Source of the DNA: the human T2T-CHM13v2.0 reference genome, Homo sapiens
Length of the DNA stretch: 64,000 bases
Reading direction: 5' to 3' (one strand)
NCBI RefSeq assembly: GCF_009914755.1
Contig: NC_060931.1
The notes under the pieces are model-generated. The model did no database searches. It had not been told where the DNA came from and worked only from the letters and a program-made list of their open reading frames with translations. Below are positions 1-11,864 of the stretch, in pieces. The first letter of the stretch is position 1, and each line of letters starts with the position of its first letter. Both the position numbers and the translations under genes were made by a program.

Positions 1-489
1 AGCATCTCTCAGTAGATTCAGTTCAGATTCATGTAGAATACTGAACACTATAAAAGCCCTCTTTACTTGTTTTTAGCTCCCAGGTCCTTTGACTCACGAC
101 GGCACTTGAGGCCACATAAGACAAAAAGGAGAAATCTTCCAGAGCAAAAAGTCTGGAAGTTGAACATATAAGAAGTCAGCCAGGCGAGAAACTCTAAATG
201 AACCAGTGACATTTTAAAGTCCAGCCTGGATTTTAACACTGTCATGACTATAGACACAATATGTGCCCACCACCTATGGCACAAAGGACTAATGGAACCC
301 TAATTTAGCATGGGAATTACTAAATAAAATGTAATATGCTAAGGGCTATAGTGAAAGTATATAAAAGTTTAATAATAATCATTTATATTACTATTCACTC
401 TTTTTAAGCACTTCCTTTCCCCCAAGGACTATATTAGCATTTTATATTATATTTTATCTTGATAATGCCCATAATACTTTATATGGTAA

Positions 490-605
490 CATTATATTAC
501 CCACATTTTACTCAGAGGGTCATTGAGACTTAAAATAGTTAAGTAATTTGCTGAAAGTCACAGAGCTAGGAAGCAAGGAAGCTGGGAGTTGAACCCAGGT
601 CAGCT
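490..605 (-). mobile_element. MIR SINE fragment
   Basis: CCACATTTTA...GTTAAGTAATTTGCTGAAAGTCACAGAGCTAG...GAACCCAGG matches the reverse complement of the MIR core. Confidence 0.75.
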
Positions 606-1329
606 TGCATCATTGCCCCGTCCTTAATCATTATGAGAACACAGATACCCAAGAGCACTGTGGAAAAAAAAGAATGCATATTTATGTGCTTATATTAGTG
701 TCAACTAATTCATCCAAATATGTATCTAAATCTTAGTCACCTTAGTGACTTTCCAATTTCTATTTGTTTGTTCCCTATCACTGGTGGTTGTTACTCGGTA
801 CCTTCTGACTCTAAATGTGTTGTGATCTTGTCTGCTGTATGTTACATTGTCATCCTTAGCAGAATGTCTGCCACCTGCCTATAACTGATACTAATTGTCA
901 CTGCACATTCAGTCATACATTTTATACATGGAAAAGGTGCTGGAAACGTGGGTGTTTTTGTCTTTCTGTAGCATAACGGATGGTTTGCTGGGCTATGTGA
1001 ACAGTTTTCTTCCTCCTTGTTTGGCTCTGCAAACCCCAGATGGTTCTAGCTCCTTCCCTGCAGCAACTCTGCCCTAATTATATACACTGAGTTATTTCTT
1101 GACTGACTGGATGCCTCCTGTAAAAGTTCAAGAGATAAAGTCAGGTATGGTGACCTTCAGCACCCCATAGGGGGATGTGGAGATGGTTGAGTTCCAGAAG
1201 GCACATTGCCATGCTGATTGAATGTATTGATAAAGCCGGCACATAATGTTTTTATGTTTCACCTATAGCGGTTTTAATGCCCCTTTGAGAATAAATGCAC
1301 TCTAATCCTAACCACTTTGGCAGATCCCT

Positions 1330-1635
<306 letters not shown>

Positions 1636-1829
1636 ATGTTGTTTTTTAACTATTTAACAAAATAGATCCTTTTAAAATACATATGTGCCCATCACATCAC
1701 ACCTATGTTTTAAGAAATGATCTTATGTCTTTTACAAGTTTGAAAAAACAACTGAATTCACAGAGGGTAAATGAGGGCTCAGGTCAGTGTTAGTGTTCTA
1801 GGATAATCTAAAAGCTGTGCTGAATTGAA

Positions 1830-2425
1830 GGCAAATCCGGTGATGTCACTCCACAGCTTAAAACCCTTCCAAGGCTTCCGTTTGCCAAGGCTTGTGGGGT
1901 CATTTGTGGTCTCTGATCCTGGCTTACTTCTCTGCCTCTCTCTCCTACCAACTGCCCTCCTCAAGGTCCATGTCTCTAACCCACCAAACCAAGGATCCGC
2001 CCTTCCCTGATTAAGCCACAGTACCTTGCTGTTGCCTGTACCCCTACCTTTGTTCCTGCTGTTCTATGTGTCTGGGAAGCTCTCCCTGTCATTGTCTGTC
2101 TGACAATGACAATCAAGTTTGCTCACTTGATACTTACACAGGATCCATTCTCTCAAGTCTTCCTTGATCTCTACTCAACTCTCAGTGTTGAACTAATGTC
2201 TTTCTCTCTTACTCTTCCCCTGTACCTTGTTATTGTCTGATGTGATACATCTTATATTTTGTTAAGAATCTATTTACACATCAGCTTTACCTATTTGGTT
2301 GTAAGCCCAACCTCCTGTAACTGGAGGACAAAGATGATATCTGATCACATTTTATTCCCCAGGCTTAAGAGACTGCCTGGCACATAGATACTCAGCGATG
2401 TTTATTGATTTAATTTGAATTGAAT
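1830..2425 (+). mobile_element. L2 LINE 3' fragment(s), degenerate
   Basis: GCTTAAAACCCTTCCAAGGCTTCC and a 3'-end-like TGCCTGGCACATAG...TGTTTATTGA motif. Boundaries approximate. Confidence 0.55.
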
Positions 2426-4159
2426 TGGAGATGGTATTTATAGGATGAAGGATCATACAAGAGAGAGAGATTTCTTTTTTTTTCTCTAGTAGTTTTCATT
2501 TCCTGCAGTCTACTTTTGACTTGTAGACTGTGAGGGACATACCAGTCCTTAATAGTAGAAAGGTAAGATGCCTTAGAAGAAGTTGAAAGGTAGACTAGAA
2601 GAAAGAATTGAGAGGTCAGAGAGAGGAAAAAACATGGGAGACTTCATAGCTATAGAATAGTCAGGGAAACACAAAGAATGTGGTGGGAAAGAAGAAATGC
2701 TGCTGAGAAGTTTTTATACTACCAGGAATCCTTGCAAGACTTAAAGGGGAGCAAAGCCTCTAGAGGGCAAGTGAGTTGAAAGAGGGCAAGGTGAGTTCTG
2801 AAAGCAGCGGAGTGGAAAATGAACTCAAGATTGGCCAGATAAAATCCACACTAGGAAAAGGAATGATGGGTTGAATATCATTAATATGAAATCCCCATCC
2901 AGGAGGCATGCATTGAGCTGCTCCCCCGTGCCTGTCCCTGTGCCAGAACCTTTGGTTACAGAAGATAAGAGTCCTGCCCTCAAGAGCCCAGGCCTCATCG
3001 ATACACTCTCTTCAACTGCGGGTACTTGTCACAGTGACCCCCAGAAACTTTAAAATCAACAGCTGCACAGGCACGACTGCAGATTCAGAGCAACAACCTT
3101 TAGGGGTGGGCTGAGAAATAAATATTTTTTAAAGGCATATCAAGAGACTCTTATGAATATCTCTGATTAAGGACTATAGCTGTACTGTAATTAAGGGATT
3201 AAAGCAAATAAGCAAATAACTATAACGTTAAAAGTACTGTGGGTTGCAGAGGAGAGAAGGCATCTTGCGGGGATATCCAGAAACCTATTTGAAGTGGGGG
3301 ACATCTGAATTAAGATAAAACTGATTAGACTGGGAAAAGAATCAGAACTAATGGTAATAGATTTCAGAGGTCTCTAACTGGAAGTGAGAGATAAAACTGT
3401 AGTAATTGAGGAAGAGAGAGACAGAAGAGAAAACAATGTCGGGGGGAGATTCCAGGAGGTGATGTGAACATTTAGTGCCAGGAAGTGGGTAAAGAAACCC
3501 GAGAGAGAGAGAGAAGGTGTCTCCAGGAGTCAGCAGAAGAACCAGGAGAGTTCACTGTCATAAGATAAAATGGACACAAAGACCAAATATTTTGCAGAGT
3601 GGTCTTGGGAAAATGGGAGTTGGCAAGATGTTGGTGGATATGGACATTAGTGAAAACTTTGGAGGGAACTGCTTCAGTCAAGGGGTGGGTGAGGAAGATG
3701 AGCTGTCAACATTAATGAATTGCAGAAGACTAGGCTAAAATGACTGTAAATTCTTCCACAAAGTCTGGAGGTGAAAGGAGGGAGAAAATAAATCTGATAG
3801 TTTAGGGAATATTTGTTGTTAAGTAGATAGGGAGAAGATTAATTTGCTATGACAAAGAGTAGGGCAAGTTCTGAAAGAGATGGGGCAGAAAAGAAGAATG
3901 GCAAATCCAGGATGGGTGCAAATGACAAGAGGCAGTGAGGGGTAAGTTAAGGGTACTCCTGCAGACGACCTACAACCAACGCTGAAAGAGGATGAGTGCT
4001 CTGGGATGGGGAAGTGCTTCAGTGGGGCTTGAGGTAGAAGAGGTTGGGAAATAGTAGGACCTAATTTTACTTTGGAAATAGTTTTCTTCTCAGTTGCTAA
4101 AAAGGAATGAGTCTCTGAGTGACTGAAGCATGAATGTAGGGTTTGTTTGCAGGATCAAG

Positions 4160-4345
4160 TCTCAATCTTGGCCGCTCATTAGAATTGCCAGTGTGGGGCA
4201 GGGTCGGAAGGAAAGGGAGAGTGTTTTGTTTTGTTTTCTTAAATTACTGATATCCTGATCCCACCTTGAGGTGTCCTAATGTAATTGATCTGGGATGAAG
4301 TCTGGGCATCAGGAAGTTCCCCAGGTGATCCTAACTTCCATTTGT
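4160..4345. mobile_element. MER5-like hAT-Charlie DNA transposon remnant
   Basis: CTGGGATGAAGTCTGGGCATC...TTCCCCAGGTGATCCTAA resembles MER5A. Confidence 0.5.
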
Positions 4346-4579
4346 GACCACCATTAGTCCACTGAAGCATAACAACACATGAATACAATTACTCTGTATA
4401 AATATGATATTCAGCTTGGATGTTTCCAAATCATTAAGCAAATGCAATGTATAGGGTATTCTGTTAGTCACTGAGAAGAGAAAAAAAGAGGACTTGGAAA
4501 GGATCAGTGAAAAGTCAAAAGATTATCACAGAAGCCTAAATTGAGAGACTTAAAGGAAGGGTTATGTCAATCCACCCAC

Positions 4580-5400
4580 TCACTCACCCATGTATCCATC
4601 CACTCAATCTCCCAATAGTCCTCTGAGTAGTAAATGTTAAACACCATACTCCTGCAGAAGGTAAAGAAACAGAACAGTGTTCTCCTCTAGTAGCCTATAT
4701 TTGAGTTGGTGTGTGTATGTAGCGAGAGAGAGAAAGACTATGAGAGGATGAAACTGATGACTACAATTTCATGTTGTAAATGCAGTGATGGGATAAGCAG
4801 CAGGTGCTCTTCTTATCAATCAAGGAACATCCATCCCTTCCACACAGAAGAGGTGGGAATTCAGTTGGAAAGGTTGGGAACTCAGTTGAGAAGAATGGAA
4901 GATGGGGTGAATGGTGGTGACATTCACCAAGCTAGATAATGGCACCAGATCAAGGCACTGGAGTCCATCATGCATGAGGGAGCCTATTGATGTCATCTGT
5001 AGAGAAGAGCAAGGGCACAGATCACACAACAGGGTAAAGAGGGGGTAGAGGACAGATCCTGAGATGCAAATGGAAAATTCCAATCCCCTCTCTGTTGTGG
5101 TTATTTCTGTTTCATAACAGCTTTATTTAGCAAGTATTTATTGCTGGCTTTCATATCTAATGCTCGCCAAGTGCCAGAAAATGTGTGTGCTAGAGATGTA
5201 GTGAGGGACCACACAAAACTCCACCCTCAAGGAGCTTACATTTTAGTGTTGGAAGACAGAGTAAATATGATACGATGTCAGGTAGTAGTATGTGTAAAGA
5301 AGAAATAAATAGGGAAAAGAGGTAGTGAATATGAAAATGTTATTTTGAATAGGAAGTTACCTTTGAGAAGGCACCTCAGAAAGCTGAGTGTGAGCCAGGT
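4580..5400 (-). mobile_element. L2 LINE fragments
   Basis: CACTCACTCACCC, CCCTCAAGGAGCTTACATTTTAG and a purine-rich body typical of reverse L2. Boundaries approximate. Confidence 0.5.
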
Positions 5401-6909
5401 GTAGGAATCAATAAGGCATAGATGATATGGGATGTTTCAATATAAGTGACTAGTAATTAGCTGCTACTAACTCATCCCTCTGCTGGTATATCAGACAGCA
5501 GCCATGTCATTTACCTCTATCCCCAAAGCATCTGGTACAGGGACTTTGTTCAGAGCAGGTGTTTACCTAGAGTCAATGGTTTAGTTAACAGTTGAGACAG
5601 GGATAAATAAATAATGCGCCAGTGCTTACTATGAATCTATACAGAAAAATGTTCATTATAGAGTCAAGTAGTTTAAAGTTGGTTTTATTTAGATGTTTTG
5701 TTTCATACAACTTGGTTTTTGAATAGTAAGAGCTGATGAGAAGTCATTGATTACTCGCTGGATAGAATGTGTTCTCTCATTTGTTTCTAACCAGTGCAAT
5801 GGATATTTGAGAAGCCTTCATAGAATTTATTTTATGGTGCTTATTAACTTTCTTTTACTTAAATATGATCAAAGATCAACATTTTGTGGCAACTCTAAAT
5901 GCATAACTTGAAAGACTCAAATTGAGGCCCGTTTGCTGGCAAACCAGTTCTATCTTTAAATTTTACAATTACACGATTCCTTACCAGGTATTATTCTGCA
6001 AACAGCATAAACAATAGAGGCATTGAAGCTGAGAATGTCTTCCATTGTTATTACTTTTGTTTAAAGGAACTTTAAATGAAGATGGAATTGTTATTGGTGT
6101 TCTTGGAGGGTCCCTGATCTAAATTCCTACTTGTGTCAACATTCCTATTCTTGAGGAATGAGGGGCGGCCCCTTCAACTGTCACTGGATGTAACTCAGAT
6201 GGAAAAGGCTGTGTGTCAGAAAACTTCCAGAATGTTTGCATTATTTTTTTCTGACAAGTCTAATCATGAATTTTCAGGATCTCTCATAATTTTGTGAAAA
6301 TCACTTTGCCTCTAAGTCAATAAAGATAGTAAATTGGCTGTGACGTGGCAACATCATCATTTTTATATTGTTTGACCCAGCCAGCTGCTGTCCTCCCTGC
6401 AGTCACATATCTGACTTTTCTCTATTTGGCTTACCCCAGTCTTGCTCCAACATGCCTTAAATTTATTAATTTAACACACGATTACATTGATTAAAATATG
6501 TCACACATTCCCAATATCCTTGGTAGGTTTTTTCTCTGTGGGTAATTTCATATATTTGAATATTGATGTAGTTGCACAAAATATTCCTATTCATCACAGC
6601 TCAATAGCTGAAAGGACTATTTGCAGCAGATGTTTTATACTATTTAGTTATTTGTACAATAACTAAATAGCCTTAAAGATTTTCCTATAGGCTTACACAT
6701 TTATAGTTTATCTTATCTAAGAATAAGATAAATTCTTGTTCAGATCTACCTGCATTTGTTTTTATAGATGTAGCTGATTCCCAGAGTGTTTGAAGAATGT
6801 TGGGTGTTTGTCATTCTCTTGTTAAAATGCAAATGTGATCCTGAGCTATGGAAACGTCCATGAAGTGTCATGAGCCTGCAAGAACGGCATCTGGCTGAGG
6901 GTGAATTAA

Positions 6910-7137
<228 letters not shown>

Positions 7138-7236
7138 CCTTTGTTTCGATCCTTAAGACTCTGAAATCTGGTGACTTTGACACTGAAGCGGAAGAGCCAA
7201 TGAAGGACTGCAGTATTTGTGTGCCCGATTCTGTAA

Positions 7237-7282
7237 ACACACACACACAGAGTATATATGTGTATATATATATATAGATATA
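7237..7282. repeat. (CA)n/(TA)n compound microsatellite in the BMPER 3'UTR
   Basis: ACACACACACACAGAGTATATATGTGTATATATATATATAGATATA. Confidence 0.85.
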
Positions 7283-8312
7283 TTCAAAAACATTGCATCA
7301 TTTATATGAACTATAGGGGGATTATTATATGTATATTTTTTGCTATAAGACATGTATTGTTTCTAGGATCCTAACCTGTAAGCCATTGAACATGTTGTAT
7401 AAATACACCAGGTGTTTTTAATTTAATAAGGTGGCATGCAGATACATTGGATAGTGTTAACATCACATACATTTGTCATTTTTAAGGAAGTTTTCTAAGA
7501 GCCCTCAATTGCCTGCCTGTATTAATTTTAGTTTTGAGTCAGGATTTGTAATGGAGTGGGAAATGTGTTTCTCTGGAGAAGGGCACATTTATCTAGGGGC
7601 ATTTCAGGTTTCCAAAGAAAGGAATGTATGCCTGGGAAAGACAGCAGGAGATTGGTGACCGGCCCTAATGGTGCATGAAAAGCGAGTGATAGGCTGTTAG
7701 AATGTATTAGGTCATGGGCTAACATTATTTCCAAAATTGATTGGCTGGTTGCCAAGAAATATATATTTGTCACTAGGGCATAACCGAAGAATCAAGTGAT
7801 TTCTTGCCATCCTTGCGTAGTCCTCAAGTCTTCTAATCATCTATGTGTGTATGATGGATGTGACCATTTATATGTCATGTGTTGAAATTAAAGGGTGTCT
7901 GGATGCCATGTTAATTTTATTGAGCATGAGAAAGTATTTGAAGAAACTGTTGCACAACATATGATGAAATTTTGATTTCTCTGAATCTCAGAGTAATTTA
8001 AGATGGGCAAATCCAATGAGTTGATGTAACCCATCTACATTTTGTGGCTATTTCATGTATAAAATGAAAGGCTTTAGTTATTTCTAGAGGAGTCCCATCC
8101 AACACTATTTGGCGACTGTTAATATGTTATAATTATTAGACAGTGGAAAAGCCTTTATTGACTAATTGATTTAACCTCAGTCCAAAGAACAGTCTCTATA
8201 CTTGCCCTCATTTACTGATAGGCTGCTACTAGTTACCATTTGATTGTCTTGACTTTCGTCTTCAGTTGAATTGGTGAAAACATCAACAAAAACAAAACCC
8301 ACTGTGTCTTAA

Positions 8313-8342
8313 AATAAAATGTTCTGCATTGTAGTCAATAAA
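8313..8342 (+). terminator. Candidate proximal poly(A) signals (AATAAA 8313-8318 and 8337-8342)
   Basis: Two AATAAA hexamers followed by U/GU-rich sequence. Confidence 0.45.
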
Positions 8343-9714
8343 GGGCTTAAGATGTGAAACAATGCATTTTCTCTCTCAAGATGTCCTGTGTTATACTTTA
8401 CAATTAGTTGTATCAACTTCAGATTCATTAAATTTTAACAGCTGTATTTAGTTATAATTTTTGTATCTTACAACAGTATATATAAAGACTATTATTAATA
8501 GACAAAAGCAAACCCACGTTTTTGACAAGCCAGCATATTGCCAATGCTCGTCAAAGACATTTATGTTTCTTTTACATTCATGACAGCTAAAGTATTAACT
8601 TGGAATTTTTTTTTTTTTTTTTGACTGGAAAATCCCTAGTTGTTTGAATTAACTGAATAAAGTGCAGGGCGTAATAGTGACTGGCTGGGGGCACTGGGCC
8701 TTTGTGTTTTTTTTCATTCCTGTGTTTGGATACTAATCACCCTCGTATCTGCAGCCTGAGGTAGTCAGGTCATTGTTTCAATGCTGCCCTTGGAAAGAAG
8801 ACTTTGACTTAGGTGCTTTGGGATCTAAGTGTGGTTTGTGACTATCCCCATTATTTAAGCATTTGGGGGTCTCACTTTTGCTTATCTGTAACACAAAGAG
8901 GCCATGTAGTATAGTGAGCAGGGTTGAGAATCGGGAAAACTAGACCCCTGCCACTAACAGGCTAGGAGACTTTGGGCAGTAATGGGAGGCACTGAGGGTT
9001 TGCAAATACTTTCCTACTTGTAATCTCATTGATTCCCTGCTCTGCCCTGACAGGAGGGGTAGGGAAAATCAGTTGACGTTGCCTGGTGGTTCCTACCTTC
9101 TGTAAAACGAACAGATTCCTTAAGATTAGCTTTAAATCCCTTTTCAGTTCACTGTTGGTTCTCATCTTTGAAAGAGGGCAGCATAAGGGAAATGATGGAG
9201 AAGGGAGAATTGTGGATGGTTATTTATAGCTCATGATTCATCCAAGGACTGAGTTATTCTCCCCATGAGGCTAACCGGCCTCTTTCCCAACACTTAATCA
9301 TGGCAGCCAGGATGGGTGAATGATGAAAGCTCTTCTGCATGAGCCGGTTTCATCATCTTGGGTGGGTTGATTACAAGTTTGTGTGGCATTCCTTTAGCTG
9401 GGGATTAGCTTAATCTCTGTACATTTTTCTCATTTCTAATTGAAGAAGAAAGGGAGGGCAGAGAGGACAGAAAATTACTTGGGTTTACTAATTCAAAGAG
9501 CCATCTCTGATGGGAGAGGGTGAGGAAATCAGCTGAATGGTTGGCCTGCATATTCTTTTTTAGGCCACAGGCTACAGCTGAGCAATGGCTTAGTCTAATG
9601 ATTGGGCACAATGAGGATTTACCAAGTGCTTCAATGAGAGCAGTCCTGTTTCATTCACATGGGATGTTTTCAATTGGTTCTTCAACTAAGCTCTTGCAGA
9701 GTGAGATGACTTGA

Positions 9715-9720
9715 AATAAA
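9715..9720 (+). terminator. Candidate poly(A) signal
   Basis: AATAAA within TTGAAATAAAAATGTTCT. Confidence 0.55.
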
Positions 9721-10236
9721 AATGTTCTATGAATATTGAATTTGATGAGAAACAAGCACCCTCAATGAAGAACAAGCATAATTATGATTCTAATTGCCCA
9801 TTGTTGGTACTCAGTAAAACTAAGTTCTTTCTTCTCTCCCTCTGTAAATAGGAATATTTGAGGGTCCTGACCTAAAATTTTTTAGCTGGGAAGAAAAGAT
9901 ATCTCTTTGGCATCGACAAGAGCAATTTTTGTTAAAACTGTGGTACACTAAGAATCACTAACTCTTCAGGTTGAAGGCCTCACTCATCTTAACTCGTTGA
10001 CTGCTTCCTGACCATCAGACCGTCCTGTAAGAGGGCATCTTTCAATAAGAACGAGAAAGACCCAGGAGGTTGACTAGCTTCTCCCAGCTTTCACTGAAAC
10101 ACGGATAAACCATTTCAACTGGAAAACTCTTCCTTTTTATGAGATATTTCAGACACACAAAAAGGCATAGAGAAAAATGTTGCAAACATCCATGACTACA
10201 TTACCCTAATTAAGAAACATAACCTGGTAAGTAGTC

Positions 10237-10275
10237 AATAAATTTTTCTTGAATCAATAAATAAAACCTAATAAA
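10237..10275 (+). terminator. Distal poly(A) signal cluster (4 x AATAAA)
   Basis: AATAAA at 10237, 10256, 10260 and 10270, followed by a GU-rich element (CTGTTTGTGGATTTGTT, ~10297-10313). Confidence 0.65.
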
Positions 10276-11229
10276 TGCTGTCTCATGGTTGCACAGCTGT
10301 TTGTGGATTTGTTCAGTTTGAGCCTGACTGCATTTCTCTTCACTTTGCCACTCTTTGTCTTCACATTCATCTGGATCTGACAAGTAACAAGGACATGAGC
10401 TGGAAAGCTCTTGGAGTGGGAGGAGGAGACTGCCTTCAGGGATAGGCGCCAAGGTATTTTAATTAGCGATCTCCTCCAAACATAACTCTCAGGAGCAAGC
10501 AAAAATAATCTCTGATTCTACATCCTGGAGTACAAGCTTTGCAAAACTTGAGATTTTAATTCTGAAAAATGACAAGTTTCAAGTGGGCCAGAAGGAAACA
10601 ACAGGGAAAAGGAGCAAATGCTGATGATTATTCTGACGTTGAGTTAAGAACCCGGACATTCATTTCTTTAAGGGGCTCTTTCTGGCTTTACAATCATGTT
10701 GCTACACTGGATTTATTTAAACCAGTTGAATGACATGAACATGCATCAGATCCATTTTTATTATGGTCCCCTTTCAGATTAATTTGAGCAAGCTAGCTTG
10801 GAAAAGGTCAATGTGGTGGAAAAGGATGAGAAATTTATATTTAGAGAAACTTGAAAAGTAGGAAGGTGTTTCAGGTAGAGGGAGAGCAAATCTCCTGGTA
10901 ACAAATAGCTGCATACCTGGGGCTGCACCATAAAAGGTGCAGGCTGAAGGGCAAGGGTGAAGCTTGTAGGTGTGAGATGTGGCTGGGAGGTGGGAGTGGG
11001 GTCTTAGGGGGCTGGGGTCTTAGCTCCTTGTCATGTCACATGACTAGGTCGCATCTGTCTAGGTACTGGGCTAAATAGACTGAGGTGCTTGGAGCTAGAT
11101 GTCACATCTGGGGAATCTTAGGTCCTGTCCAACTGCCTTGAGAGTGGAGGAGGTGCCAAAATCTCCATCACACATTCTCCACATGGCTCCCTGGTGGGCT
11201 GAGGCACCAGATGGGTAGGTCTGCTCCAG

Positions 11230-11510
11230 CTATGAGTGGTGTTAAGCAACAGAGTGATGTGACCAGCCAGGCCTTTGTTTCAGTGAGATCAGTGACTGCA
11301 ATGAAAGTGGATTTCCAGTCAAAAGACTAGGTGGGAGTCCCCTGAGATAGTCCAGGTGAGAGATGATAAACCCCAAGACCACGAGGTAGGAAGTAAAAAG
11401 GGGAGAAGTTTGTGACAGATTGGATGGTGGATAGGCCAGTCTCTGGCTTGAGTAACTGGGTGGCGATGATGGTGCCAATTTCCCACAGAAGGAACACTGA
11501 CAAGGGAATA
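11230..11510 (-). mobile_element. L2 fragment
   Basis: TTAAGCAACAGAGTGATGTGACCAG...GTCCAGGTGAGAGATGAT...TCTGGCTTGAGTAACTGGGTGG matches reverse L2. Confidence 0.65.
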
Positions 11511-11799
11511 TATCTACAAGAATTTCTACTGTCAATCAAAGTGTTTTCTGCTAAGCTGTATTTGCTTTAATTCAACAGACATTCTGAACATTAGGTTTAA
11601 GACATGGTCCTTCCGCAGACAGTCACGGTGCAGGATGAATGGCTTGTGGTACGAACCAGAGGGCCATACCACTGGCCGTGGGAGCCTCAGGAAGCCCCAT
11701 TTGAGGTTTTCTGTTTGGGAGAGTGTCAAGAGTGCCAGAGAAAGTGACTACTGAGATGAGTCTTGGTAGAGGACTAAGTAGCCTTTACCTTTGCAAAGA

Positions 11800-11829
11800 T
11801 GTGTGTGTGTGTCTATGTGTGTGTGTGTG

Positions 11830-11861
<32 letters not shown>
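11800..11861. repeat. Interrupted (TG)n microsatellite
   Basis: Seen directly. Confidence 0.95.

Positions 11862-11864
<3 letters not shown>

Larger units (their letters stand above)
7138..10295 (+). other. BMPER: BMPER 3'UTR (end depends on the poly(A) site used)
   Basis: AU-rich, largely repeat-poor sequence after the stop codon, with several AATAAA hexamers. The 3' end is inferred from the distal signal cluster. Confidence 0.7.
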
